Part shown: piece by piece, positions 1 through 8,641 of the stretch | Layout of the letters: every line of letters begins with the position of its first letter | How positions within the stretch are numbered: the stretch's first letter is position 1 | Source of the DNA: Candidatus Hodarchaeota archaeon | Lineage (GTDB): Archaea; Asgardarchaeota; Heimdallarchaeia; Hodarchaeales; Hodarchaeaceae | Direction: 5' to 3' | DNA: 49,891 bases | NCBI GenBank assembly: GCA_030589605.1 | Contig: JAUUVJ010000001.1 | Location: forward strand, 1-49,891 | Notes under the pieces: generated by a model | Databases searched by the model: none | Seen by the model: only the letters and a program-made list of their open reading frames with translations | Told to the model about the DNA's origin: nothing | Made by a program: the position numbers and the translations under genes

Positions 1-302
1 AAGTAAATCTAATCTTCTCTAATACTATTATATTTCTAAAGCTATGTAATGAACTAGTTTAATAATCATAAAGCGAGATATAATAATATATAAAGGTTTA
101 TGACCTGTCAATTAAAGCTTTAATGACTAGTTCACTAATGAAGCTTATTGACTTTAAAGCCTCAAGAATAGGAAAAATATAGTCTGATCTTCATTTCTAT
201 TACTTGTACATACTTATATTTTTTGGTACTTTCTTTTCTGATTTACCAAACAAAACATACAATTATAATCATTTTAGAATTAGTTTATTAAGATGTAGAT
301 TT

Positions 303-1283
303 TTATAATTCAGAATGTCTAAAATAGGATTGATACCACTTTAAATACTGCTCTAAACCCTTTTTTATCCCGATTTTAGGTTTGAATTTCAATAAGGATC
401 TAGCCTTAGAACAATCTGCATATGTTATTCTAACATCACCAGGTTGAGGTCCTATATATTCAATTTCCGCTTCCTTCCCAGTTATTTCTTCGAGTAATGA
501 TAAGAAATCCATAGTTTTAATTGGAGACCCATATCCTAAATTAAATATTTGAAATCCACCCTGATACTTGAATGCTCTACAAATTCCTTCTACGATGTCC
601 GAAATATAGGTGAAATCTCGTTTCATTTTACATGGGTTGTTATCGTATATTTTAATTATTCTTTTTTCCAAAACTTTCGTTGTGAATATATGAGGTGCCA
701 TATCTGGGCGACCACGAGGCCCATAAACGGTGAAAAATCTCAAACAATTAATATTTATATTGAAAAGGTGGTTGTATGTGTAACAAAGAGCTTCTCCAGC
801 CTGTTTTGTGGCAGCATAGATTGAAATAGGACAGGAAATTGAATCATTCTCCGAAAATGGGACTTTCCCTTGATTACCGTAAACAGAAGAGGAAGAAGCG
901 AATACAAAATTCGTGCATTTATTCCTTCGTACAGTTTCCAATAAGTTTAATGTACCCCCGACATTTGTTTCTTGATATAGAAAAGGATTTTTTAAACTAT
1001 ACCTCACGCCAGCTTGAGCTGCAAGATGAATAACTCCACTTATTGCGTATTTTTCAAATAAATAGGACAATTCATCAATATTTCTGATGTCAACTTCATG
1101 AAATTCAAAATTATCATAAGCTTTCAGCATTTTCAAGTTATTTCGTTTTAATTTGACATCATAATAATCATTAATATTATCAATACCGACAATTTGGGAT
1201 CCTTCTTGTAATAATTTTTCACAGGTATTTGATCCAATAAATCCAGCAACACCAGTAATCAGTATTTTTTCTGATTTAACCAA
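303..1283 (-). CDS. NAD-dependent nucleotide-sugar epimerase (extended SDR), UDP-glucuronate 4-epimerase-like
   Basis: 326-aa ORF. It has the Rossmann motif GVAGFIGSN and the catalytic YAATK (YxxxK). The block FFTVYGPRGRPDMA is one I associate with UDP-GlcA 4-epimerases. It is divergently paired with a UDP-glucose 6-dehydrogenase gene. Confidence 0.75.
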   Translation of the reverse strand: MVKSEKILITGVAGFIGSNTCEKLLQEGSQIVGIDNINDYYDVKLKRNNLKMLKAYDNFEFHEVDIRNIDELSYLFEKYAISGVIHLAAQAGVRYSLKNPFLYQETNVGGTLNLLETVRRNKCTNFVFASSSSVYGNQGKVPFSENDSISCPISIYAATKQAGEALCYTYNHLFNININCLRFFTVYGPRGRPDMAPHIFTTKVLEKRIIKIYDNNPCKMKRDFTYISDIVEGICRAFKYQGGFQIFNLGYGSPIKTMDFLSLLEEITGKEAEIEYIGPQPGDVRITYADCSKARSLLKFKPKIGIKKGLEQYLKWYQSYFRHSEL

Positions 1284-1575
1284 TTAAATTCACTTATTTT
1301 GAATACTATTTATTATTATTATAATTATTGTATTATAATCTTAAAACAGCTTTCTTTACTAGCTATTGACAAGACTTAATAATTTTAAGGATGAGAAAAC
1401 AAAATTTTAATATCTTTCTCCTCTTTTCTTCAGAAGATTATCTATTAAATTGAAAATATGATTTTTGTATGAATCAATTTGGATCTTTATTTCGCTAGGA
1501 TAATATTAATTAGAGATTTGTATTAAAAAGGTCTAATAATATAAAATATTTCAGTTCCAGAGAATATTCTTATAT

Positions 1576-1603
1576 AGTATGATTTAGTATGATCGAGTAT
1601 GAT
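1576..1603. promoter_or_regulatory. Three phased AGTATGAT direct repeats (10-bp period) in a divergent promoter region
   Basis: AGTATGAT occurs at 1576-1583, 1586-1593 and 1596-1603, read directly from the sequence. Confidence 0.3.
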
Positions 1604-1641
1604 TAGAATAAGATAAAAACTAAAAAAAATATTCCCTAAAA

Positions 1642-3027
1642 ATGATCAGTTTTATGAAACAATATGTGGTGAGAGATATGAATAAAATAAGTGTAGCGAT
1701 TCACGGAACAGGATTTATTGGTCTAGTTAGTGGATGTTGTTTTGCAACCCGAGGAATTAAAGCAATCAACTCTACATTCAATAAGGGAAATTGTGAAAGA
1801 ATAAATAATGGTGAATCACCTTTTTTTGAGAATGGGTTAGACGAATTACTCAAAGAAGCAGTTTCTTCTGGTAATTTTAAATGTGTCGTAGGCCGTGATA
1901 AAGCTATTGAAGAATCAGATATCAGTATAATTGCTGTAGGTACTCCTATGCGCAAAGATAATAGTATTGATTTGTATTTTATAAAACAAACTGCCCGCCA
2001 AATTGGACATGCTTTGAAAAAAAAGGACGAGTATCATCTTATTGTTGTTCGTTCAACTGTAGTTCCAAGTACAACTCGGAACCTTGTTGGAAAACTTGTT
2101 GAAGAAGCATCAGGAAAAAAAATGGGGAAAGATTTTGGTCTTTGTATGCAACCAGAATTCCTAGCGGAGGGAAGATCAATAGAAGATACGTTCAAACCTG
2201 ATCGAATTATTATAGGTGAACTAGATCAAAAATCAGGTGATATTCTTCAATCTTTGTATGAACGATTTTATGGAAACTATTTAGAGAATTGTCCAATACT
2301 CCGAATGAATCTAGAAAGCGCTGAACTTGTAAAATATGGTAATAATTGTCTTCTTGCGACAAAAATTTCCTATGCGAATGAAATGGCTAGGATTGCTGAA
2401 TTAGTTGTTGGAGTTGACATTGTACAGGTTATGAAGGGTGTTGGTTTAGATTATCGTATTAACGAAGAATTTTTAGGTGCAGGTGTTGGATTTGGAGGAT
2501 CTTGTCTCCCAAAAGATGTAAATGCCATTACAGCCTTTGCAAAATCAAAAGGTTATAATCCTCGATTATTAACTTCTGTTTTGGATATAAACGCAGATCA
2601 AACAATTCACGTGGTTTCTCTGCTAAAAAAAGAATTACCTGACATTAAAGGCAAACGAATCGCATTACTTGGTTTAGCTTTTAAACCTGGGACTGATGAT
2701 ATGAGATTTGCTCCTTCTATACGGATAGCTCATCATTTAATTGATGAGGGAGCATCAGTAATAGGTTACGATCCTGTTGCAGAGATAGAAGCAGAAAAAA
2801 TCTTAGGAAATTCAATTGATTATGCTAGTGGAGTTGAAGAGGCCCTTTATGATGCAGATGCTGCTATTATTATTACAGAATGGGATGAAATATCAACGAT
2901 TAAAGTTGAAGACTTTAAAAAATATATGAAAACACCAATTATCATTGATGGTCGTCGTGTTTACAATCCTGAGGAGTATAACAATGATATAAGACTTGTT
3001 AGCTTTGGTAGAACAGAAATATCTTAA
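1642..3027 (+). CDS. ugd: UDP-glucose 6-dehydrogenase
   Basis: Motifs seen: N-terminal GTGFIGLV dinucleotide fold, the GGSCLPKD catalytic-Cys motif, and GLAFKPGTDDMR in the C-terminal domain. The true start is probably ATG 1678 (MNKISVAIHG...), which is preceded by GGTGA. Confidence 0.85.
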   Translation: MISFMKQYVVRDMNKISVAIHGTGFIGLVSGCCFATRGIKAINSTFNKGNCERINNGESPFFENGLDELLKEAVSSGNFKCVVGRDKAIEESDISIIAVGTPMRKDNSIDLYFIKQTARQIGHALKKKDEYHLIVVRSTVVPSTTRNLVGKLVEEASGKKMGKDFGLCMQPEFLAEGRSIEDTFKPDRIIIGELDQKSGDILQSLYERFYGNYLENCPILRMNLESAELVKYGNNCLLATKISYANEMARIAELVVGVDIVQVMKGVGLDYRINEEFLGAGVGFGGSCLPKDVNAITAFAKSKGYNPRLLTSVLDINADQTIHVVSLLKKELPDIKGKRIALLGLAFKPGTDDMRFAPSIRIAHHLIDEGASVIGYDPVAEIEAEKILGNSIDYASGVEEALYDADAAIIITEWDEISTIKVEDFKKYMKTPIIIDGRRVYNPEEYNNDIRLVSFGRTEIS

Positions 3028-3090
3028 ACTGTGTGTATTAATAATCTAAACTGAATATAATACTAGATCTCTTCATTTTGTGGTTTTTCT

Positions 3091-3936
3091 ATGACTCAGA
3101 AATCTCGAATTACTATTACAATTGATCCACACATATTAGAACTTGTTGATAATGAAATTGATGGAGTCGCAATTCGTTCTCGTAGTGAAGCGATAGAAAA
3201 GTTTGTAGGAAAATATCTGACGCAGCAAAAAACAGCTATTATTCTTGCAGGAGGAGATCCAAACTCTTTACGCACCTTGAAAACTGGAGATTTTAGACCA
3301 TTACTTCCTATCAATGACAACACTCTTATAGAATATATTATTGACAAAATTTTTTCTGCTGGCTTCCAAAAAATTATAATCATTGGCCAATCAAACTTAA
3401 TCAAAGCGATTTATTCTGTAATCGCACCAAATCACCAATTATTAGAAAAAATTGAGTTTATCGAAGAAACTAAGGCTCTTGGAACTGCTAAAACTCTTGA
3501 GTTGGCTCGAAATAGAATAAAAAATGATTTTCTCATGGTCCCTTGTGACACTTTCTTTGATTTCAACTTAATTGATCTATACAATTTTCATATTAAACAG
3601 GATGCTCTAGCTACCTTCGCAATATACAGTCGTACTTCATTTGATAGCAATTACAAGGGTGTTGTAGAATTAGATGGATTTCATATAATTTCTCATGAAG
3701 AGAAACCAAAGGAACCTAAAAGTCATTTAATCAAAACGATGATTAGCATATTTTCACCACAAATATTTGAATACATCCCCATGGGCCCAATGGAATGGAG
3801 AATTGAGATAGATTTAATAGCTAAATTAATTGATCAGAAAAAAGTTTTTGGTTATCCTATTGCTGGAGAATGGTTCAATGTACATTCTTTGGAAGACTTA
3901 GCATTACTAAAAGAATATTTGGGGTATCAGACATAG
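3091..3936 (+). CDS. Ribbon-helix-helix domain fused to a sugar-1-phosphate nucleotidyltransferase-fold domain
   Basis: The N-terminal ~45 aa (SRITITIDPHILELVDNEI...RSRSEAIEKFV) show a strand-helix-helix pattern. The rest is NTP-transferase-like (AIILAGGD, LGTAKTLE, EEKPKEPKS). The glycine-rich loop is atypical: LAGGDPNSLRT instead of GGxGTRL. Confidence 0.65.
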   Translation: MTQKSRITITIDPHILELVDNEIDGVAIRSRSEAIEKFVGKYLTQQKTAIILAGGDPNSLRTLKTGDFRPLLPINDNTLIEYIIDKIFSAGFQKIIIIGQSNLIKAIYSVIAPNHQLLEKIEFIEETKALGTAKTLELARNRIKNDFLMVPCDTFFDFNLIDLYNFHIKQDALATFAIYSRTSFDSNYKGVVELDGFHIISHEEKPKEPKSHLIKTMISIFSPQIFEYIPMGPMEWRIEIDLIAKLIDQKKVFGYPIAGEWFNVHSLEDLALLKEYLGYQT

Positions 3937-3991
3937 TAAAAATCAATTAATTTTAGCGAAAATGTGATAGATGTGGTTATTAATATAGTTA

Positions 3992-4340
3992 TTAATTTCA
4001 CCAACAACCTTGGATACTGAAGCAGAAAAAGTATTATTAAAAGATACTTTTGTACTTGAAGTAGGAAAAGAGTTTCCGTATGATTCAAGTTGTTCTTAAT
4101 ATGTCGGTATTGCTAAATTTTCACCAAAAGGGGTTCAACATCTTAAAGAAACACTAGAGGAAATGACTCATGAAGAAGGATTCTTAGATTGTTATTTCAC
4201 AGATATAATCCAACGTCTTATTTATAAAGGGTTCACAATAAGTACTCAGACGATTTCACCAGAACTCTGGGGTAGATATTGATTATTCAAGAGATTTATA
4301 TCGAACTAAAACCGAAGTGCTACCTTTAATCCTCTCTTAG
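3992..4340 (+). pseudogene. Decayed C-terminal fragment of a LicC-like nucleotidyltransferase (paralogue of 14956-15858)
   Basis: The translation LISPTTLDTEAEKVLLKDTFVLEVGKEFPYDSSCS*YVGIAKFSPKGVQHLKETLEEMTHEEGFLDCYFTDIIQRLIYKGFTISTQTISPELW aligns residue for residue with the C-terminus of the 14956-15858 product. It contains an in-frame TAA. A 1-nt frameshift then precedes VDIDYSRDLYRTKTEVLPLILS*. No N-terminal half is present. Confidence 0.75.
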
Positions 4341-4396
4341 GTTGATTCGTCAATCTTATCAGTGTTTTCGAAATATATTTATCAGAATGAATATTA

Positions 4397-5146
4397 TTGA
4401 ATCAAAAGATTGAAAGAAAAACAATTTCGTACACGAATACATTTAGGGATCTTAAAATGGTCACGAAAGCATTAATCTTGCTCACATTCAATGAAATAAC
4501 TGGATCTAAAGCATTATTTTCGAAAATCCCATTTGATCTGTTTGATAATATAGTATTAGTTGATGGAGGCAGTACTGATGGAACAGTAGAATTTTGGCAG
4601 GAAAAGGGAATCAAAGTAATAAACCAAAGATCGAGAGGTCGAGGTACAGCTTTCATAATCGCCCAAAATAGATGTATGGAAGATATTCTACTCTTTTTTT
4701 CTCCAGATGGCAATGAAAACCCATTTGATATTCCAAGAATATTAAAGGAAGTAGAAACAAGAGGAGATTTAGTTATTGCATCTAGATTTGCTAAAGGCGC
4801 GAAGAGCTTGGATGCAGTAGGCCATCGACGATTCGGGAATCTATTATTTACCTTTATTGTTAATTTTCTATTTCGAGCAGGTGTGACTGACGCAGTAAAC
4901 GGATTTCGAGCGATATGGAAACATCAGATGGTTAAATTAAATCTACCTTTCTCTCGGTTCGAAATCGAATTTCAAATGACGATTCGTGCCTCAAAAATGG
5001 GATATCGAATAATTGAAATCCCCACCATTGAATTTGAGCGCATCGGAGGAGTTTCGAAGGCAGGATCACTTTCTGTAGGAATATCTTATCTCAAAGTTGC
5101 ATTAAAGGAACTTATTATTGGGAGAAGATTTTACAGGAACAATTGA
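4397..5146 (+). CDS. GT2 glycosyltransferase, polyprenyl-phosphate sugar synthase type (DPM1/ArnC/GtrB-like)
   Basis: Motifs VDGGSTDGT, FFSPDGNENP and ASRFAKGA match a GT-A fold with DxD-like acidic residues. The ORF-track start is TTG. ATG 4457 (MVTKALILL...) is more plausible. Confidence 0.8.
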   Translation: MNQKIERKTISYTNTFRDLKMVTKALILLTFNEITGSKALFSKIPFDLFDNIVLVDGGSTDGTVEFWQEKGIKVINQRSRGRGTAFIIAQNRCMEDILLFFSPDGNENPFDIPRILKEVETRGDLVIASRFAKGAKSLDAVGHRRFGNLLFTFIVNFLFRAGVTDAVNGFRAIWKHQMVKLNLPFSRFEIEFQMTIRASKMGYRIIEIPTIEFERIGGVSKAGSLSVGISYLKVALKELIIGRRFYRNN

Positions 5147-5222
5147 TATCTACGAGATAAAAAATGTCCATTAAGGTTTTATATCATTAATCACTTTTAC
5201 TTTCAAATCTGGTGATAAAAAT

Positions 5223-5606
5223 TTGATTGATTTAGACGCAACAGGCTTTATTATTGCAATTCTTCTATTGGCTATTTTTCATGCCTTTGGAGAAGTCATG
5301 TATAAGAATGGTTTTATGTTGTTTATTAAGAGAAAGAGATCTGAAAAAGGAAATTTCAATTATTTCTATCCATTGATAATTCCTATATTGGTTATTTTAT
5401 TTTCAATAGCAATTTCTTTAGGAATAAAAGTCATTTACGGAATTATTTTAGGATCGAATGAGTTATCTATTACAGCTGGTTTGTTTTTAGGATCTATTTC
5501 AATATTCTCTGTGATTTTTGGTAAATTTTTTTTTCAAGAACAGCTATTACGGTCCCAAGTGTTTGGTATTTTACTAATTGCCCTAGGAATAATTCTCTTG
5601 GTGTAA
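5223..5606 (+). CDS. Small four-TM EamA/SMR-like membrane protein (ArnE/ArnF-like half transporter)
   Basis: 127 aa with about four hydrophobic helices. The C-terminal EamA-type segment is FQEQLLRSQVFGILLIALGIILLV. It lies directly downstream of the GT2 gene. Confidence 0.6.
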   Translation: MIDLDATGFIIAILLLAIFHAFGEVMYKNGFMLFIKRKRSEKGNFNYFYPLIIPILVILFSIAISLGIKVIYGIILGSNELSITAGLFLGSISIFSVIFGKFFFQEQLLRSQVFGILLIALGIILLV

Positions 5607-5609
5607 AAA

Positions 5610-6050
5610 ATGGAAAAAGATAAAAAAGAATATATTCTAAACTTTTGGTTTCCGTTAATCCTCGCAATTCTAATCTATTGCATAGGAGACGTTCTGCTAA
5701 AAATAGGTAATGCTGAACTTGGATTTCAATTATCTGGGATCTTCGAAGAAGAATTTTGGGTTGCCCTTATTGCTAGCCTTCCTATAGTATCTTCTTTCAT
5801 CCTGGCAATGACTTCCAAACTTATAATGGGGTTGGTACTATCAAAAAATCCTTTGGGGATTACTGAAGGTATCTTTCTTGCATTAACAGCAGTTATCACA
5901 TTTTTCTTAGGTATTCTGATATTTGGAGAAAATTTAATGTCTATAGATTTAGTGGCAATAAGTCTTATTGCGATTGGAATACTCTTAGTTTATAATTTTG
6001 ATATTCAAAAAGAGGAAATTGAAATAACCGAAGTTGATGAATCAATCTAA
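5610..6050 (+). CDS. Small four-TM EamA/SMR-like membrane protein (ArnE/ArnF-like half transporter), partner of 5223-5606
   Basis: 146 aa and hydrophobic, with the C-terminal EamA-type segment FGENLMSIDLVAISLIAIGILLVY. It starts 3 nt after the stop of the previous gene. Confidence 0.6.
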   Translation: MEKDKKEYILNFWFPLILAILIYCIGDVLLKIGNAELGFQLSGIFEEEFWVALIASLPIVSSFILAMTSKLIMGLVLSKNPLGITEGIFLALTAVITFFLGILIFGENLMSIDLVAISLIAIGILLVYNFDIQKEEIEITEVDESI

Positions 6051-6384
6051 TCAACATTCCAATGAAGATAAAATTGTTATTACAATGAATATTGGAATAT
6101 CTCAATGGAGCAAACCTGGCGATATTGAACTACCTAAAGAGAATCAGTTGTATCAAATCCAGCTTGAAGTTGATCACTACCATTCTAACATATTTATCTA
6201 TGAGGAGATGGTCTACTCATTATCGTGTCACATAATAAATCCTTCTTTTGAAACCGAGGAAAATTCTAGAAATTGGGATAAGGAATGGTTTATGTCGATT
6301 TCGAAATATATGAAAAAAAAAGTACCAAGTAAAATAGAAGCAATTTTTAATTTTTATCATCCTTCTAAGTATAGATATGATTAA
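6034..6384 (+). CDS. Hypothetical protein, no recognisable domain
   Basis: 116-aa ORF that overlaps the end of 5610-6050 by 17 nt. It is soluble and His/Asn/Glu-rich. I recognise no motif. Confidence 0.3.
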   Translation: MMNQSNQHSNEDKIVITMNIGISQWSKPGDIELPKENQLYQIQLEVDHYHSNIFIYEEMVYSLSCHIINPSFETEENSRNWDKEWFMSISKYMKKKVPSKIEAIFNFYHPSKYRYD

Positions 6385-6596
6385 AACTTCTTCATGATTC
6401 TTTATTCTAAAATTGTATTAAATAAAACTCCATTTTTTCATGAAGAATTTGTTTTAGTGATTTATTTGCTAGAATTTGAATAGCATTGTTACTTACTTTC
6501 CTTAAGAATTATATAGTCCCCTCAATCACTCCTTCTTATTTAATACAAGATTTATATTTCAAATATCATAGCTCGTACTATTGAATTACAAAGTGG

Positions 6597-7664
6597 ATGA
6601 GAATAAAAATGGATAAGGTAGCTCTCATTACAGGAATAACAGGACAGGATGGTTCATATTTAGCTGAATTCTTATTAAATGAAGGTTATACTGTTCATGG
6701 AATAATAAGACGAACAAGTACCTTTAACACGCAACGTATAAGCCATATTTTTGAAGAACCATTTAAAAAAGACAAACAATTATTTTTACATTATGGAGAT
6801 TTAACTGATTCAAATTCATTGTCTTCTATTCTAACCAACGTAAACCCTGATGAAGTTTACCATCTCGCGGCACAAAGCCATGTAAAAGTTTCTTTTTAAC
6901 TTCCAAAGTATACTGGCGAAGCTACAGGCATATCAACGACAAGTTTGTTAGAAACACTTCGAAAATTAGATTCTGATTGTAAATTTTATCAGGCTTCCTC
7001 ATCTGAAATGTTTGGCTCATCTCCACCCCCTCAAAATGAAAAAACACCTTTTTATCCTCGTAGTCCTTATGCAATAGCCAAACTTTATGCATTCTGGATG
7101 GCAGTTAACTATCGAGAGGCATATAATCTTTTCATCTGTAATGGAATTTTATTTAATCATGAATCTCCTCGTCGGGGTAAAACATTTGTTACCAGGAAAA
7201 TTACTCAAGGTTTAGCCAAGATTAAAGCTGAAAAACAAAAATATATTTATCTAGGTAATTTAAAAGCGAAACGAGATTGGGGTTATGCACCTGAATATGT
7301 GAAATTAATGTGGAAGATATTGCAACAAAATGATCCTGATGATTTTGTTATCGGAACGGGAGAAACCCATAGTATAAAGGAATTTCTAGAGGAAACTTTC
7401 AACTACTTGGATATGGATTGGAATAAGTATGTAAAAATCGATCCCAGATACTTTAGACCAACTGACGTCGAAATCCTAAGAGCTGATACATCTAAGTCAG
7501 AAAAAATTCTGGATTGGCAACCGAAAGTTAAGTTTTCAGAACTAGCTCGCATTATGGTTGATTATGATATGCTTTCATTTGGTTTAAATCCTCCAGGTGA
7601 AGGAATTTCATTCTTAGAAAAAAATGGATTGCTTTGGACAGATAGCATTGAAACATTAGGCTAA
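6597..7664 (+). pseudogene. gmd: GDP-mannose 4,6-dehydratase interrupted by one in-frame TAA (6897-6899)
   Basis: [17 protein letters not shown]...[33 protein letters not shown]...[10 protein letters not shown]...NHESPRRG is collinear with Gmd. ORFs 6597-6899 and 6945-7664 are in the same frame. The stop sits where Gmd proteins have a conserved Glu (SFE). Confidence 0.85.
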
Positions 7665-7676
7665 GGAAGTTGTTCA

Positions 7677-8606
7677 ATGGAGATTTCGAAGGATTGGCAA
7701 GTATATATAACAGGACATTCAAGTATGGTTGGAAAAAATCTTATTCCATTATTAGAGTCTCTTAACTATTCCAATATTCTTGTTCAATCATCAAAGAGTC
7801 TAGATCTCAGAAATCAAAACAAAGTAAATGATTTTTTTAAGAAAAATACTCCAGAAATTGTTATACATTTAGCAGCACGGGTTGGAGGTATTTTGGCAAA
7901 TATCAAAAGACCTTCTTCCTTTATATATGATAATCTAATGATGCAAACGAATATAATCCATTCAGCACATAAACATGGATGTAAGAAGTTAATTTTTCTT
8001 GGAAGCTCTTGCATATATCCAAAAGACTCTCCTCAACCAATGCGTGAAGAATATTTTTTATCTGGGAAACTAGAACCAACTAATCAAGCCTATGCGATTG
8101 CCAAAATAGCTGGTATCCAGATGTGTTATTCCTACCGAGCTCAATATGGAGACAATTTCATCTCACCTATACCGAGTAATCTTTATGGATATGGTGATCA
8201 TTATGATGATGAAAATTCTCATGTTCTAGCGGCATTAATTAGTAAGTTTCACAAGGCAAAAGTTGAAGAAAGAGATTTTGTTACAATTTGGGGTTCAGGA
8301 TCACCTCGAAGAGAATTTTTATTTGTAACTGATTTATGCGAAGCAATTATATTCCTTTTAGAGAAATATAACAGTAGTGAGATTATCAATGTTGGTTCTG
8401 GAGTTGATATCAAGATTAAAGAACTTGCTTCAATAATCAGTAAGACTGTTGGGTTTTCTGGTGAACTTAAATTTGATACTAGCAAACCTGATGGAATGAT
8501 GAGGAAATTACTTGATGTTTCAAAAATTAAAAATTTAGGATGGAAAGCAAAAACCCCACTAGTAGATGGAATTGAAAGATCATACAATGAGTTTCTAAGA
8601 CGTTAG
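7677..8606 (+). CDS. GDP-4-keto-6-deoxymannose epimerase/reductase (GDP-L-fucose synthase / ColC-like)
   Basis: SDR with ITGHSSMVGKNL, the YAIAKIAG catalytic YxxxK, and NLYGYGDHYD. The size and order after gmd are typical of fcl/wcaG or colC. Confidence 0.75.
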   Translation: MEISKDWQVYITGHSSMVGKNLIPLLESLNYSNILVQSSKSLDLRNQNKVNDFFKKNTPEIVIHLAARVGGILANIKRPSSFIYDNLMMQTNIIHSAHKHGCKKLIFLGSSCIYPKDSPQPMREEYFLSGKLEPTNQAYAIAKIAGIQMCYSYRAQYGDNFISPIPSNLYGYGDHYDDENSHVLAALISKFHKAKVEERDFVTIWGSGSPRREFLFVTDLCEAIIFLLEKYNSSEIINVGSGVDIKIKELASIISKTVGFSGELKFDTSKPDGMMRKLLDVSKIKNLGWKAKTPLVDGIERSYNEFLRR

Positions 8607-8641
8607 TAGCGAATAAGCGAATTGAGAAGGTAAATTAAACG

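Noticed and set aside
549-1033. ORFs 549-824 and 839-1033 on the plus strand, and about 30 similar 60-145-aa ORFs elsewhere. Examples are 1701-1955, 3096-3404, 4402-4713, 13323-13757, 15855-16241, 23844-24188, 35574-35900 and 44740-45030.
   Set aside because: Each lies antisense to, or out of frame inside, a long ORF with clear family motifs. Their sequences are low-complexity and typical of shadow frames in AT-rich DNA. I see no independent support.
6313-6321. A9 homopolymer inside the hypothetical ORF. Other 8-10-nt A/T runs include 2020-2027, 2114-2121 and 34858-34866. I considered them as phase-variation tracts.
   Set aside because: Runs of this length are expected frequently at this base composition, and I cannot see length variation from one sequence. 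Only the (TA)9 tract seemed unusual enough to report.
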